Shown: piece by piece, positions 12,528 to 23,672 of the stretch | Layout of the letters: every line of letters begins with the position of its first letter | How positions within the stretch are numbered: the stretch's first letter is position 1 | Source of the DNA: Macrostomum lignano | Taxonomy: Eukaryota | Direction: 5' to 3' | DNA: 37,310 nucleotides | NCBI GenBank assembly: GCA_002269645.1 | Contig: NIVC01004711.1 | Location: forward strand, 1 to 37,310 | The notes under the pieces: model-generated | Database searches by the model: none | What the model was told of the DNA's origin: nothing | What the model saw: the letters and a program-made list of their open reading frames with translations, nothing else | Position numbers and translations under genes: made by a program

Positions 12528-13364
12528 CTATTCAAAGACCAACATTTCTTTAAGTATAGCATTTTCGGATTATCTAGTAGATCAATATTTTTATAAACAT
12601 CTGGGCAGTTACATAAAATCTAAGTCATATAGTTTTTTCACTGGTAGGTAACTTTAAAATACAATTGCTTAGTTCCCAAATAGTATTGAGCCACTAATTA
12701 AATTAACAATAAAATGTTTTAGAGGTGCAAATTAGTACGAAGCCGCTCATTTCAGAAGCTGATACAAATAAAACCTAACGGCACGTTTTAAACAATGCTT
12801 ATATTATTTTAAGCATAAACCAAGGTGTTAACGGTTTAAAGTATTAGTACATACTTTGAGAACAATTAAGAGAAGTGACTTACTGAACTTATGAATACCA
12901 CTAAATAAAATGTGCTGAAAAACTTAATTAAATATCGCATAATGGAAGGCTAAATTGGAGGTAATCGAGGACTGGTTGCTAATTAAAGCATGCAAAAATG
13001 TGCATGTTCATGATAGATTCTGATTGGCTGGCGATAAAACCCCCACCCTCCACCCCTAATAATTTTCTTACCAGCAGGGACAGCAAACCAAATGTTTATG
13101 TACAGATTGATAAGCATGTCAAAGTAAGTTTTTATCTTCTCATAACAGCGAATTATTGGTAAGCAGCAGTTTCTGGTGTCTTAACCAGGTGTTGTTATAA
13201 TTAGCAATCCTTCTTAGCTTCCTGGACGGCTAAATTTTGGCTTGCCGGACGGGCGAATGTGGTCCAAGCAGGCTGCCGCGTTTGGCTCCCTGCAGCGGGT
13301 TTATGTGATATTTTTATGTAGCAGTAATTTAGAAAGTAATGAGTAATACTATAAACACCAGTAT

Positions 13365-14365
13365 GTTAGATCCTGATTTGAGGATTTCTAGAGAGTGGGT
13401 TCAGATCCCGGTTGAGGATTTTGGGAGTGGGTTCAGATCCCTACTGAGGATCTTGCGAGAGTGGGTTCAGATCCCTACTGAGGATCTTGAGAGAGTGGTT
13501 TCAGATCCCTACGGAGGATCTTGAGAGAGTGGGTTCAGATCCCTACTGAGGATCTTGCGAGAGTGGGTTCAGATCCCTACTGAGGATCTTGAGAGAGTGG
13601 TTTCAGATCCCTACTGAGGATCTTGAGAGAGTGGGTTCAGATCCCTACTGAGGATCTTGCGAGAGTGGGTTCAGATCCCTACGGAGGATCTTGAGAGAGT
13701 GGGTTCAGATCCCTACTGAGGATCTTGCGAGAGTGGGTTCAGATCCCTACTGAGGATCTTGAGAGAGTGGTTTCAGATCCCTACGGAGGATCTTGAGAGA
13801 GTGGGTTCAGATCCCTACTGAGGATCTTGCGAGAGTGGGTTCAGATCCCTACTGAGGATCTTGAGAGAGTGGGTTCAGATCCCTACTGAGGATCTTGAGA
13901 GAGTGGGTTCAGATCCCTACTGAGGATCTTGGAGAGTGGGTTCAGATCCCTACTGAGGACTTGGGGGAGTGGGTTCAGATCCCTACTGAGGACTTGGGGG
14001 AGTGGGTTCAGATCCCTACTGAGGATCTTGAGAGAGTGGGTTCAGATCCCTACTGAGGATCTTGGGAGAGTGGGTTCAGATCCCTACTGAGGATCTTGAG
14101 AGAGTGGGTTCAGATTACGATTTGAGGATCTTGAGAGAGTGGGTTCAGATCCCTACTGAGGATCTTGAGAGAGTGGGTTCAGATTACGATTTGAGGATCT
14201 TGAGAGAGTGGGTTCAGATCCCTACTGAGGATCTTGAGAGAGTGGGTTCAGATCCCTACTGAGGATCTTGGAGAGTGGGTTCAGATCCCTACTGAGGATC
14301 TTGAGAGAGTGGGTTCAGATTACGATTTGAGGATCTTGGGAGAATGGGTTCAGATTACGAGTTGA
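13365..14365. repeat. 34-bp minisatellite (GAGAGTGGGTTCAGATCCCTACTGAGGATCTTGA)n with an internal 6-bp inverted repeat
   Basis: About 28 tandem units. Each has AGATCC-7nt-GGATCT and there are no spacers. Confidence 0.96.
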
Positions 14366-14886
14366 GAATATGAAGTCCGCAACATAAAAGCGGATCCTTG
14401 AAAATCATATGTTAAAGTTTTCTTTAATTTTTAAAAGAATTCTGCACCAACATGGCTTAAGTTCTCTGACTGCTGTCAACAGAAGACAAGACCGGACAAT
14501 TTTAAGAAAGGGAACCCCAAGAAAACTTTAGTGACAAAACAAAAGTGCATCGCCAAAACTCTGCATCTGTAAGGTAGCGGCGTAGCACGATTGTCATTTT
14601 TCTTCCTCAAAGGTCGTTTTTAGCAAAAGAGCCGACTGACTGACCCGCAGTGTGTCGCATGCATCATCAGCGAACAGGCGGTCTGATGTGCGAAAAACTG
14701 CAACAAAAACACGTCGCTCCTCAGCGCCTGCCGGGTCCATTCTCTGGGCGGCCACATTTTGGGAGCCGTGCAGCACACTCGATTCGTGTGCGCATGCGCC
14801 ATTTACTGCGGGCAGAGCTTGGCATGGAGTTCTATATACGGTATCTGGACAGCGTACTTATATATTTTCTATCCACGTGTTACAAG

Positions 14887-15070
14887 TGGGTTGTAGCCTA
14901 GCGGTCGTCGGACTCACTACTGATAAGTGCAGGGTTTCGAATCTTCACCCTTATACTCGGAACAATTTGTGTCCTTGAGCAAGACACTTAATTAACTCTG
15001 CATTGCTTTCAGTCTGACCAGCTGTAAAATGGGTGCATTAGCTGGGGTAATTAAGGGCAGGTGTAATCAA
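14887..15070 (+). mobile_element. tRNA-derived SINE with a CORE (MIR-like) domain
   Basis: A-box-like TAGCCTAGCGG (14894-14904) and B-box-like GGTTTCGAATC (14933-14943) are followed by TGTGTCCTTGAGCAAGACACTTAA...CTGTAAAATGGG (14968-15033). This closely parallels the CORE consensus TGTGACCTTGGGCAAGTCACTTAA...CTGTAAAATGGG. Confidence 0.82.
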
Positions 15071-15664
15071 TTAATATTATCATTATTTTGAGTTCCAGGC
15101 ACGTAGTGAAAATCTATAATGGCAAAAGTATCACAACTTTTTGGACAACCCCTCGGTTATCTTAATCAGCGTTGAAATGTAACTGATAATGATAAAATGA
15201 TACAATTGTTGGCGTCCACTCCAGGTAGCTATTTTAAGTGCTCCTTGCCCGCATCGATGATGCCGCACTAGGGCTGCTGGGATGCCGGCTTTCTGCGCAG
15301 TGCCACCGTGCCGGGGCCGCGGAAGGGTTGGGAAAGTTTTTAATTTCTCCTACTTGCCACTTTTAGCAAATTATTGGCGTCCTTTGTTTCTAGCCAAAAG
15401 CCGTCTGGCATCGACTTGCGCTCGTTCCTTCACGACCACTTCTGCTGGTGAAAGCTTTTTTCAGTATGTTCTACCTCTGCTGCTGATTTTGCTTCTTACG
15501 AGCTTTCACAGGCATTTATGGCCAATATTATGGTCTTCTGCTGCTACTGGTCGCCCTGCTGCAGCCTCTGCTTAACCCGTGGCTTTCTGACTCTCTGTGT
15601 TAAAGTGCTCTCTCTCTCTTTCGGTTAATTAACCCCCCTATTAGCATCTGGCTGAGACTCTTTG

Positions 15665-16010
15665 TCTCTCCCTCACCTCTCCCTCACTTCTCCCTCATCC
15701 CCTCACCTTCACTTCTCCCTCATCTCCTCACCTTCACCTCTCCCTCACTTCTCCCTCATCCCCCACCTTCACCTCTCCCTTATCTCTCCCTCATCCCCCA
15801 CCTTCACCTCTCCCTCACTTCTCCCTCATCCCCCACCTTCACCTCTCCCTTATCTCTCCCTCATCCCCCACCTTCACCTCTCCCTCACTTCTCCCTCATC
15901 CCCCACCTTCACCTCTCCCTTATCTCTCCCTCAACCCCCACCTTCACCTCTCCCTCAACTCTCCCTCATCCCCCACCTTCACCTCTCCCTCATCTCTCCT
16001 TCACTTCTCC
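15665..16010. repeat. 35-bp C-rich minisatellite (CTCCCTCATCCCCCACCTTCACCTCTCCCTCACTT)n in PDZ intron 2
   Basis: Tandem unit visible. It is G-run rich on the minus (sense) strand. Confidence 0.93.
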
Positions 16011-16195
16011 AAAGACCACTAGCAGTATATCAGAACACTCGTGATTCGTAAAAACATTTTTGGAGGTCGATTTTCAAATGTGATCCTTGCATTTTTTCCT
16101 CACCTTTCTCTCCTCTGCACCCTCTCAAGCCCAATCATCCCCTCCATCACTCCCTTTCTCATTATTTTTTTTGCCTCCCCCATCCGCAACCACAC

Positions 16196-17040
16196 CTGAC
16201 AATGGTGAGCTTTAGCGAGTTTCCCGACTCCTTGATAACCTCGGAGGCCTGGGCGTGGCTCAGCTGGCGGGATTTTTTCCCGTTCACCGTCTGGATCGCG
16301 TCGCCAACGCGAAGTTTCCCTTGGGCCGGCGAGTTCGGCTCCACCTGAGTGGGGTTGGGTTATTTAGCTGGTGTTGTAATGGTGTTATAGCTGTATGCTG
16401 ATTGCTATGACTACAGCTGATTGTTGCTATGGCTTGGTTGCTATGGCTACGGTTTGGTTGTTGCTATGGCTTGGTTGCTATGGCTACGGCCTGGTTGTTG
16501 CTATGGCTTGGTTGCTATGGCTAGGGCCTGGTTGTTGCTATGTCTACGGCCTGATTGTTGCTATGGATTTGTTGCTATGGCTACGGCCTGGTTGCTTCTA
16601 TGGCTTGGTTGCTATGGCTACGGCCTGATTGTTGCTATGACTACGGCTTGGTTGTTGCTATGGCTACGGCCTTGTTGTTGCTATGGCTACGGCCTTGTTG
16701 TTGCTATGGCTACGGCCTTGTTGTTGCTATGGCTACGGCCTGATTGTTGCTATGGCTTGGTTGCTATGACTACGGCCCAATTATTGCTATGGTTTGGTTG
16801 CATGGCTACAGCCTGATTGTTGCTATGCGCCGGTCGCTAGCAGGACATGAGTTGGGCAAGAACAGGAATTGTGAGACTCGCCCGCATCACGGTCAGCTGG
16901 GTCCTGTAGTCGGCTCCGCCCTGCAGCCGGAATCCCCAGCGCTGGTCAGGCGATCTGTGCAGCGCCACGTCTATTGTGCTGGGCGCTGACGGTTGTGGCG
17001 CCGCTGGCGCCGACGGTGGCGACATCACCATGGCGTACAT
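16196..17040 (-). CDS. N-terminal PDZ domain protein of ALP/Enigma (PDLIM/Zasp) type; exons 17040-16882 and 16344-16196; 3' part unresolved
   Basis: The spliced product reads ..RWGFRLQGGADYRTQLTVMR|VEPNSPAQGKLRVGDAIQTVNGKKSRQLSHAQASEVIKESGNSLKLTIVR, matching the WGFRLQGG-type PDZ. The first intron has donor CGG|GCGAGT and acceptor CACTCAG|. The second donor is AG|GTGTGG at 16195. Confidence 0.88.
16385..16830. repeat. About 23-bp minisatellite (GGTTGTTGCTATGGCTACGGCCT)n in PDZ intron 1
   Basis: Tandem unit with shorter variants, visible directly. Confidence 0.93.
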
Positions 17041-17631
17041 TATTCGATAGTATACTTGTATTAACCGGCGCTAAACTCGATCGCGAATCTCGGGCGAGAA
17101 AAGCTGCAACGAGAACGCGAGCTGGCTCTTCTGCTTAAATTTGTCGTCATTTCGGCTTAAAAAGGTTTAATTATGCTTCAATATGTGCTTTTCAACTCTA
17201 GCCCTATAAACTACGAAAACCTGGGTGTCTAGGCGTCAAGGCTGCATGAGAATCTTATTATATTAAATCATTGATTAAAATTTGCATATTCGAGATTATA
17301 AATGCGCATAATACGAGGAGGAAATTAATTATTATGAAGCTTACAGTATATTATGCAATTATGTTTCTTCCGTTGAGTATAGCTAGTTGACTGTAAGTCG
17401 AGCCTTTTCCATATAGAAGTATAATTTGCCAAGTTCTGCCAATATTTTGTGTATACAGAAGCTACATGTATTATAGCTATTATATAGTCTGGCACACGTT
17501 TGACAGCGTCTAGCTAGCTGTCCTCTGATTGGCTTAGACAGTTAAATGATTTCCAATGCCTATGAGAATGCAGATGACTTAAACATTCTCTCACATACTC
17601 GAAATTATGCATCATTGCAGTGCGTACGTTT

Positions 17632-18547
17632 CAGGGGCGTCGCCCCCCTCCCCCAGTAAAATTGCTTTACTTTGTCCCCCCGCACTGCGGCGCTAAAGTG
17701 AGTGACTGCAGTCCTGAAATGAGTGTCTGTAGAGATATAATGAGTGACTGCAGCGCTGAAATGAGTGTCTGTAGAGATATAATGAGTGACTGCAGCCCTG
17801 AAATGAGTGTCTGTAGAGATAATGAGTGACTGCAGCGCTGAAATGAGTGTCTGTAGAGATATAATGAGTGACTGCAGCGCTGAAATGAGTGTCTGTAGAG
17901 ATATAATGAGTGACTGCAGCGCTGAAATGAGTGTCTGTAGAGATATAATGAGTGACAGCAGCGCTGAAATGAGTGTCTGTAGAGATATAATGAGTGACTG
18001 CAGCGCTGAAATGAGTGTCTGTAGAGATATAATGAGTGACTGCAGCGCTGAAATGAGTGTCTGTAGAGATATAATGAGTGACTGCAGCGCTGAAATGAGT
18101 GTCTGTAGAGATATAATGAGTGACTGCAGCGCTGAAATGAGTGTCTGTAGAGATATAATGAGTGACTGCAGCGCTGAAATGAGTGTCTGTAGAGATATAA
18201 TGAGTGACTGCAGCCCTGAAATGAGTGTCTGTAGAGATATAATGAGTGACTGCAGCCCTGAAATGAGTGTCTGTAGAGATATAATGAGTGACTGCAGCGC
18301 TGAAATGAGTGTCTGTAGAGATATAATGAGTGACTGCAGCGCTGAAATGAGTGTCTGTAGAGATATAATGAGTGGCTGCGCAGCGCTGAAATGAGTGTCT
18401 GTAGAGATATAATGAGTGACTGCAGCGCTGAAATGAGTGTCTGTAGAGATAAAATTATGTAACGCAACAACAGAGTCCCAAAAGAGAAAATTTTCGTTCC
18501 AGACTTTTAGTTTTGTCTCCCCCACCATTAAAAGGACGACGCCCCGG
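17632..18547. mobile_element. Possible MITE carrying a 42-bp minisatellite
   Basis: The left end CAGGGGCGTCG and right end CGACGCCCCGG are imperfect inverted repeats. A TTTGTC(T)CCCCC motif lies near both ends. No TSD was found. Confidence 0.45.
17690..18450. repeat. 42-bp minisatellite (GAGTGACTGCAGCGCTGAAATGAGTGTCTGTAGAGATATAAT)n
   Basis: About 18 near-identical copies. It explains the 14-aa repeat pseudo-ORFs. Confidence 0.97.
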
Positions 18548-19999
18548 ACTGTCACGTAACGTCGTACACATTTATGGCACGGAACTTAAAAGGTTTTATA
18601 AAACAAATCCTTCTGAGTCTTCGTGGCTTTACTAAATTGCTTTAAAAGATAACCATGCTTCGTATACAGTACATGTTACACTTACGTGTACATGTAGAAC
18701 TTTGAATTGAAATTTAGAAGGTTTATCTTTAGATGTATATCAATTATCTATGAGCGCCTAGACGTGTACATTTAAGCTACAGTAGCTTCGTGGTTCATGG
18801 ATTTTACTTGAAAAAGCTACACGTAGTGTACATGTAAGTTGGGGCTTAAGGCAGCTGGATTCACAATCATCATCGATCAGTTTCCGATAATCGCAGTTGA
18901 GCTGCATGGCGGATCCCGAGGTTTGTCCACGGTTGCTGCGACTACTCGTACGAGTATATAAGTTTGAAAGTTTTGAAAAGAATATTGAAAGCAAATCGGA
19001 TATGACTAACTGCATCAAAATTTATCATGAGCGATGCGGTTCAGGAAAAAGCATGATTATTGGGAATTCGAATGGTCGAGTCAAGGACCCTATACTGCCA
19101 CACTAACATGTATGAGGTTTTATACATGTACCCCTCTTGTCAAATGGATACAGTACATGTTTTAGCATGTAACAATCATAACTTAAATAATAATAAAAAT
19201 TACAATATTATTTTTTCACATTAAACAAAACAACTAACAATTGCAATATTTAGTTAAAATTATATAGAGCTAACGCTCCTTGTTACACGTAGTTGTGAGT
19301 GTGGCGCCTACCCATCCCAATCTCGTCGGTGTGAATGTCAGAGACCATCATACTCGTATTTACGGCAACCGCAATGTACACAAATGCGGGGCGTCGGGTC
19401 CACCCAGCAGGTTCGCGTTCCACGCGTTCACTTAAGCGAAACCTCCGCATCCTGCGTGACTGGCTGGATGCAGTTTTCTCTGGCCATGAATTTTTTTACT
19501 ATAAGCATGATTTCCTCCAAGAAAACCCACCTAAATTAAGAAAATTAAATTACATTGTGAAAAAAGCTGGAAAATTTACGATTTGAGTAATCATAATAAC
19601 CAATAGTTGATGAACCTTAGAGTAAATAATCATAGGAGAAATTAATGTCAATAAAATAACCTCTTAAATCTTTAAGGTTTTTATTTTTTCATCTTCAGCA
19701 AAGTCGATCCTAAAGGCCTACTTAAAAAAATCGCTGAATAGACCATCTCGTTTTTTAACTGGGTAGTCAAAGAACGAAAGTCAAATCAGACGATGCAGCA
19801 GGGATTCCCTGAGCGATATTCAAGATCGATATTCGGAAATAACAAAATCTCTGCTTTAAAAACACCAAATGCCATGATTTTGTACAGAAAAAACATCACC
19901 CACGAGATAAACCGACTTGAAAAAAATTACGGCTACAGATCGAAAGGACTTTTTACAATTTGCAAAAAACTGGTGCTTCCCTATCTCCACAGTGTATAT

Positions 20000-20142
20000 T
20001 AGATTGATATTCGATTTCGAGTACTTCTGCTTGCTCTCTGTCGCTGAAAATTGACACGCAGGACTTCACCCAGACACTAAGCAATTATCATAACTCAAAC
20101 CGAACTCAAAGCTTCATTGTACTCAATTTGAGTATCAATCTA
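20000..20142. mobile_element. 143-bp element with TAGATTGATA terminal inverted repeats (mini-MITE or hAT terminus)
   Basis: Left end TAGATTGATATTCGATTTCGAGTAC versus reverse complement of the right end TAGATTGATACTCAAATTGAGTAC. No clean TSD. Confidence 0.55.
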
Positions 20143-20827
20143 ATATATCGTTGAATGTGAAAATTGGAACATCTCTATTGAATTTTTCTCAAATATTTCT
20201 CGAGTAGGAAGCTTTGAGCTTTGAGCAAATTGTAAAAAGTCCTTTCTATCTGTAGCTGTAATTTTTTAAAAGTCAGTATGGAATGTCTAGCATATAGATC
20301 ATGAGTAAATTTGTTTTTCTGGCATAAATTTGTATTTATAGTGAAGGACTTCATTTTTTCTAGCATAGGCTCTACCATATAACAGATTTAAGAATGTGGT
20401 TTGATTGCTATCCAATTGCCAGATTGCTAGGTAGACATGGCCAACAGCTGGATGTTTGCTAGCTGTGGGTATTTAAATTGGTTTATTGACCACTAGTCAC
20501 CAGTGCAGAGTATTGGTTGTCTGAGTCTTGGCATCCTCGGCCTCGGGTTGGACCAAGTGAGCTTCTAGGACATAATGACCAAGTTTATCAGCTGCAGAAA
20601 GCTGTTGCATCCAAATTGAATTTGGCCAAGGCAAGCTTTATATACCAATTGCTCCAGAAGACCAATCATCAAGATCTTCAAGATGATATATGCTGTGCTT
20701 CTCTATAGCAGTCTGCATTATAAAGCCACTTAGAGCACTAGTAGCAGCAATAGTCTTTTCATTGTTGTCTAGATTGCCTGTTTTGCCACTAGTGATAGTA
20801 GTCATTGCCTAGAACACCATATAATGA

Positions 20828-21433
20828 GGGTTTCAACCTACTTTGGCGAAAGAATTTTCGACGAAAGTCAATAACGGCGAAAAATACTTTTGCAATGACC
20901 ATTTTGTCGAAAGCTGACCATTTCGGCAAAAAAATTTTTCTAAGTTTCGCTGAGAAGTTTTTTGTTTTAGAAGTAAGCTAAAAAAACAACAAACTTTAAA
21001 AAGACTAATTTTATCTAAACATGTTTTCGTTTTGTCGCAGTTTAATTTAGTTGTTTTATTAGATGCCCTTCCATTACGGCGGAATTTCAAAGTACGATTT
21101 TAGGAGCCTGGTCTGATTTAATCTGAAAAACCACACCGTCATCATCCCTAATCTATCGACTGCATATCGATAGATCGCATGTACATAACATAGCTATGAG
21201 CTAAGTCATAAGTTTTTAAATTTTCTAACTGCAAATAATTTGCAGCAATGAACAATTTATTAAAAGCTTCAATCACCAAAGTGGTATATTTGCAATACAT
21301 ACGTAGCCCATCTTTTCGCCAAACTGGTCACTTTCTTTCGCCGAAATGTACATCTAGGCCTATTGAAACTTAAAATTCACTTTCGCTGAAGCGTCTTTCG
21401 CCAAAAATTCCTTCGCCGAAATGGGCTGCACCC
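20828..21433. mobile_element. 606-bp non-autonomous DNA transposon, GGGT...ACCC ends, ATAATGA(G) target-site duplication
   Basis: The TSD lies at 20821-20827 and 21434-21440, or is 8 bp if the next G is included. Subterminal TTTGGCGAAAG/CTTCGCCGAAA repeats are in inverted orientation. The element is CpG-rich, unlike its flanks. Confidence 0.88.
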
Positions 21434-22895
21434 ATAATGAGCCTGAGGGCTGAGGCCCTGAGCAATGGCATTAGTATCACCTTGGAATCCGAGATCATGA
21501 TAGTGGGGATCCAACACAGTTGAAACAACAAAAGTCTTGTTTTCTTTTGCTAGAACATCAGCAAAATGACGTTGGATAGACTTAGAGAGCATCTTAGCAA
21601 GAGTCTAGACTCCCAATAGCCTCTGGCAAGTCAGCTGCCACCTTTAGAAACTTGCAGAGACCCTAGATCTGCAAATTTTTAAATCAGAAAAATGAGAAAA
21701 TGTTATGCATGTTCTATGAGTATAGTCTATATATGCATCCATGTATACAATATGTAACTAATGTCTGTGTATATTTTTATATGTACATCTTCATATATAC
21801 CGGAATGTGATGAATGCACATTTACAGAATTCATATCTTACTATAGTAGTTCAATGATATAATAAAACAGTTTAATTTGTATTTACCTTTGGCAGAACAA
21901 TGCTTACTAGTCCTCTTCCAGAGAGCCAAAGTCCTAGATCTTGAATCAGTTGCAGCAGAAAAATTAGTGGATTGATAAGATCCTACTTAGAATGGGTCAA
22001 TATAGCAGCCACTTTACGCTAGGCGCTGTATAGCTGAACAACTTGTGCCTAATGAATAGATTTTGAAGTTGATACCAAATCATGCAATCATTTTAAATTA
22101 CCTATGTATCTAAAGCTAACTTCTAGTATTACTGAGATATCTTTAATATTACTTAAAGTAGACAAGTGTAAGGACAGATAAAAAAGGTCTCTAATTACCT
22201 AGTCTCGAAAAGACACCAGCATGTCAAGTGCTGAATCCTATCTTGTTCATAATCATATATCCTAAATGAGCTTTTGGATGTTTCGGCCATCAGGTCTTCA
22301 CAACACTTCTTCCATTCACTGTGTGCCTTAGGTGACTTAGAGAAGTGCTATACAATTGTGTAGCAATGGGATAAAAATCATTGTTTGCTATGCTCTGGGC
22401 TTATTGGCATTGTCAAGAATTTTGAAAATGCAATTTTGCAGCTTGTAAATGACACAAGATATGCAAGGCACCTTTTAAAAATAATTATGGGTATCAAAGT
22501 TAGTGTTACAAATTATTACTCATAGTAGGGAATTGAATGTTGGAATTTATACTATTTAATTCCATATTATTATTATTATTGTAAAGCAACTTTGAGACAA
22601 TTTGCTCAGAAGTCTATTGTCTGTTGGCTCAAAACTTATATACACATATAGATAATACTATGTAAGATTACATGCATTATACTATACTAATGTATGATGA
22701 CTAACTAGAATAAGATATAGTTGAAAAATTGAGACTCATTTAAAGCTGACAAATAGCACTTTACACTGAAGAGCCTTTATCCATGATGACAACCACAACT
22801 TGTTCTTTCACTTCCCATTCTACCATGATGGTCTATAGTGCACTAGCAATGTTTTCTCCAGTGGAAGCTCTATAGATAGGCTTATTACACAAAAC

Positions 22896-23672
22896 TAGGG
22901 AGCAACTAGGATGGCCAAAGTTGGGCCCAGGTCGGGCCTAAGAATGATGACTCAGGCCCGGGTTGGGCCTCGGGAATTCGGGACAAGATCTTTAGGATAG
23001 TTCAATAATTGGAAAAAAATCATCATAATAAATCTTAATACTTTTAGCATATGTGGATTACTATTAAATATATAGTAAATATATAGTAAATATTATTATT
23101 ATTTAAATACATTAGGTAAGACTTAAGAATAGAATAAGAGTTACATTACAAGACTTAATACTCAAATATCAATATACTCAATAGTTCAAATTCAATGTCA
23201 CTGTATGGCACAAGTACTGTGTGTATGTGCCAGTGACAGTGATACTGACAGGCAGTGAGGTAGGCAAGCAAGCACTGTGGTAGTGCAGCTAGCACTGGCA
23301 GTGGCAGTAAGCAAAAAGAAGAAAAGCTGAAGCATTAAGTGTAAGGCACTTGGCATTGGAAGTAGTAAGGAAGTAAGAACCAAGTCAATTGATTCTTTTA
23401 TTTGAATTTTTAGAATTTTTAGAATAAAATAATTTTATTCTTATTTGTATGCAGTTTGTGCCTTTAGGGAAAAAAAGAATTGTCACTTAAAGCTGACAAG
23501 CTGTAAGTGTCAGCTTGTTCTTTCAATTTCTAACAGTGTCAATTCTGGAAATTGGGACATTTGTCCCAATTTCTAGACTTTTTTAGGGTCAAATTGTTTC
23601 CCAAAAAGTCAGGAATCCCAACCAAAATCGTGGCCTGACCCAGGCCCTGGCCCGGGACTGGGTCACCCCCTA
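22896..23672. mobile_element. 777-bp hAT-type MITE, TAGGG...CCCTA ends, 8-bp TSD CACAAAAC
   Basis: The TSD lies at 22888-22895 and 23673-23680. GGGCC-rich subterminal repeats are present, plus an internal 16-bp-stem hairpin at 23544-23577. Excision restores the host transposase frame. Confidence 0.92.

Noticed and set aside
14651-14840. Cys-rich frame with an in-frame TGA (CVAC..AV*CAKNC..HSLGG) as a selenoprotein or lipase exon
   Set aside because: There is no CxxU/UxxC motif, no SECIS was recognised and no family match was recalled. The HSLGG lacks the preceding Gly of the lipase elbow. The exon's strand and frame are unresolved.
14887-14950. tRNA gene
   Set aside because: A and B boxes are present but I cannot fold a full cloverleaf, and the sequence continues into a CORE domain, so it was called a SINE head.
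18897-19106. CGSGKS as a Walker A motif (Helitron/PIF1 helicase remnant)
   Set aside because: It is an isolated hexapeptide with no preceding hydrophobic strand or other helicase motifs.
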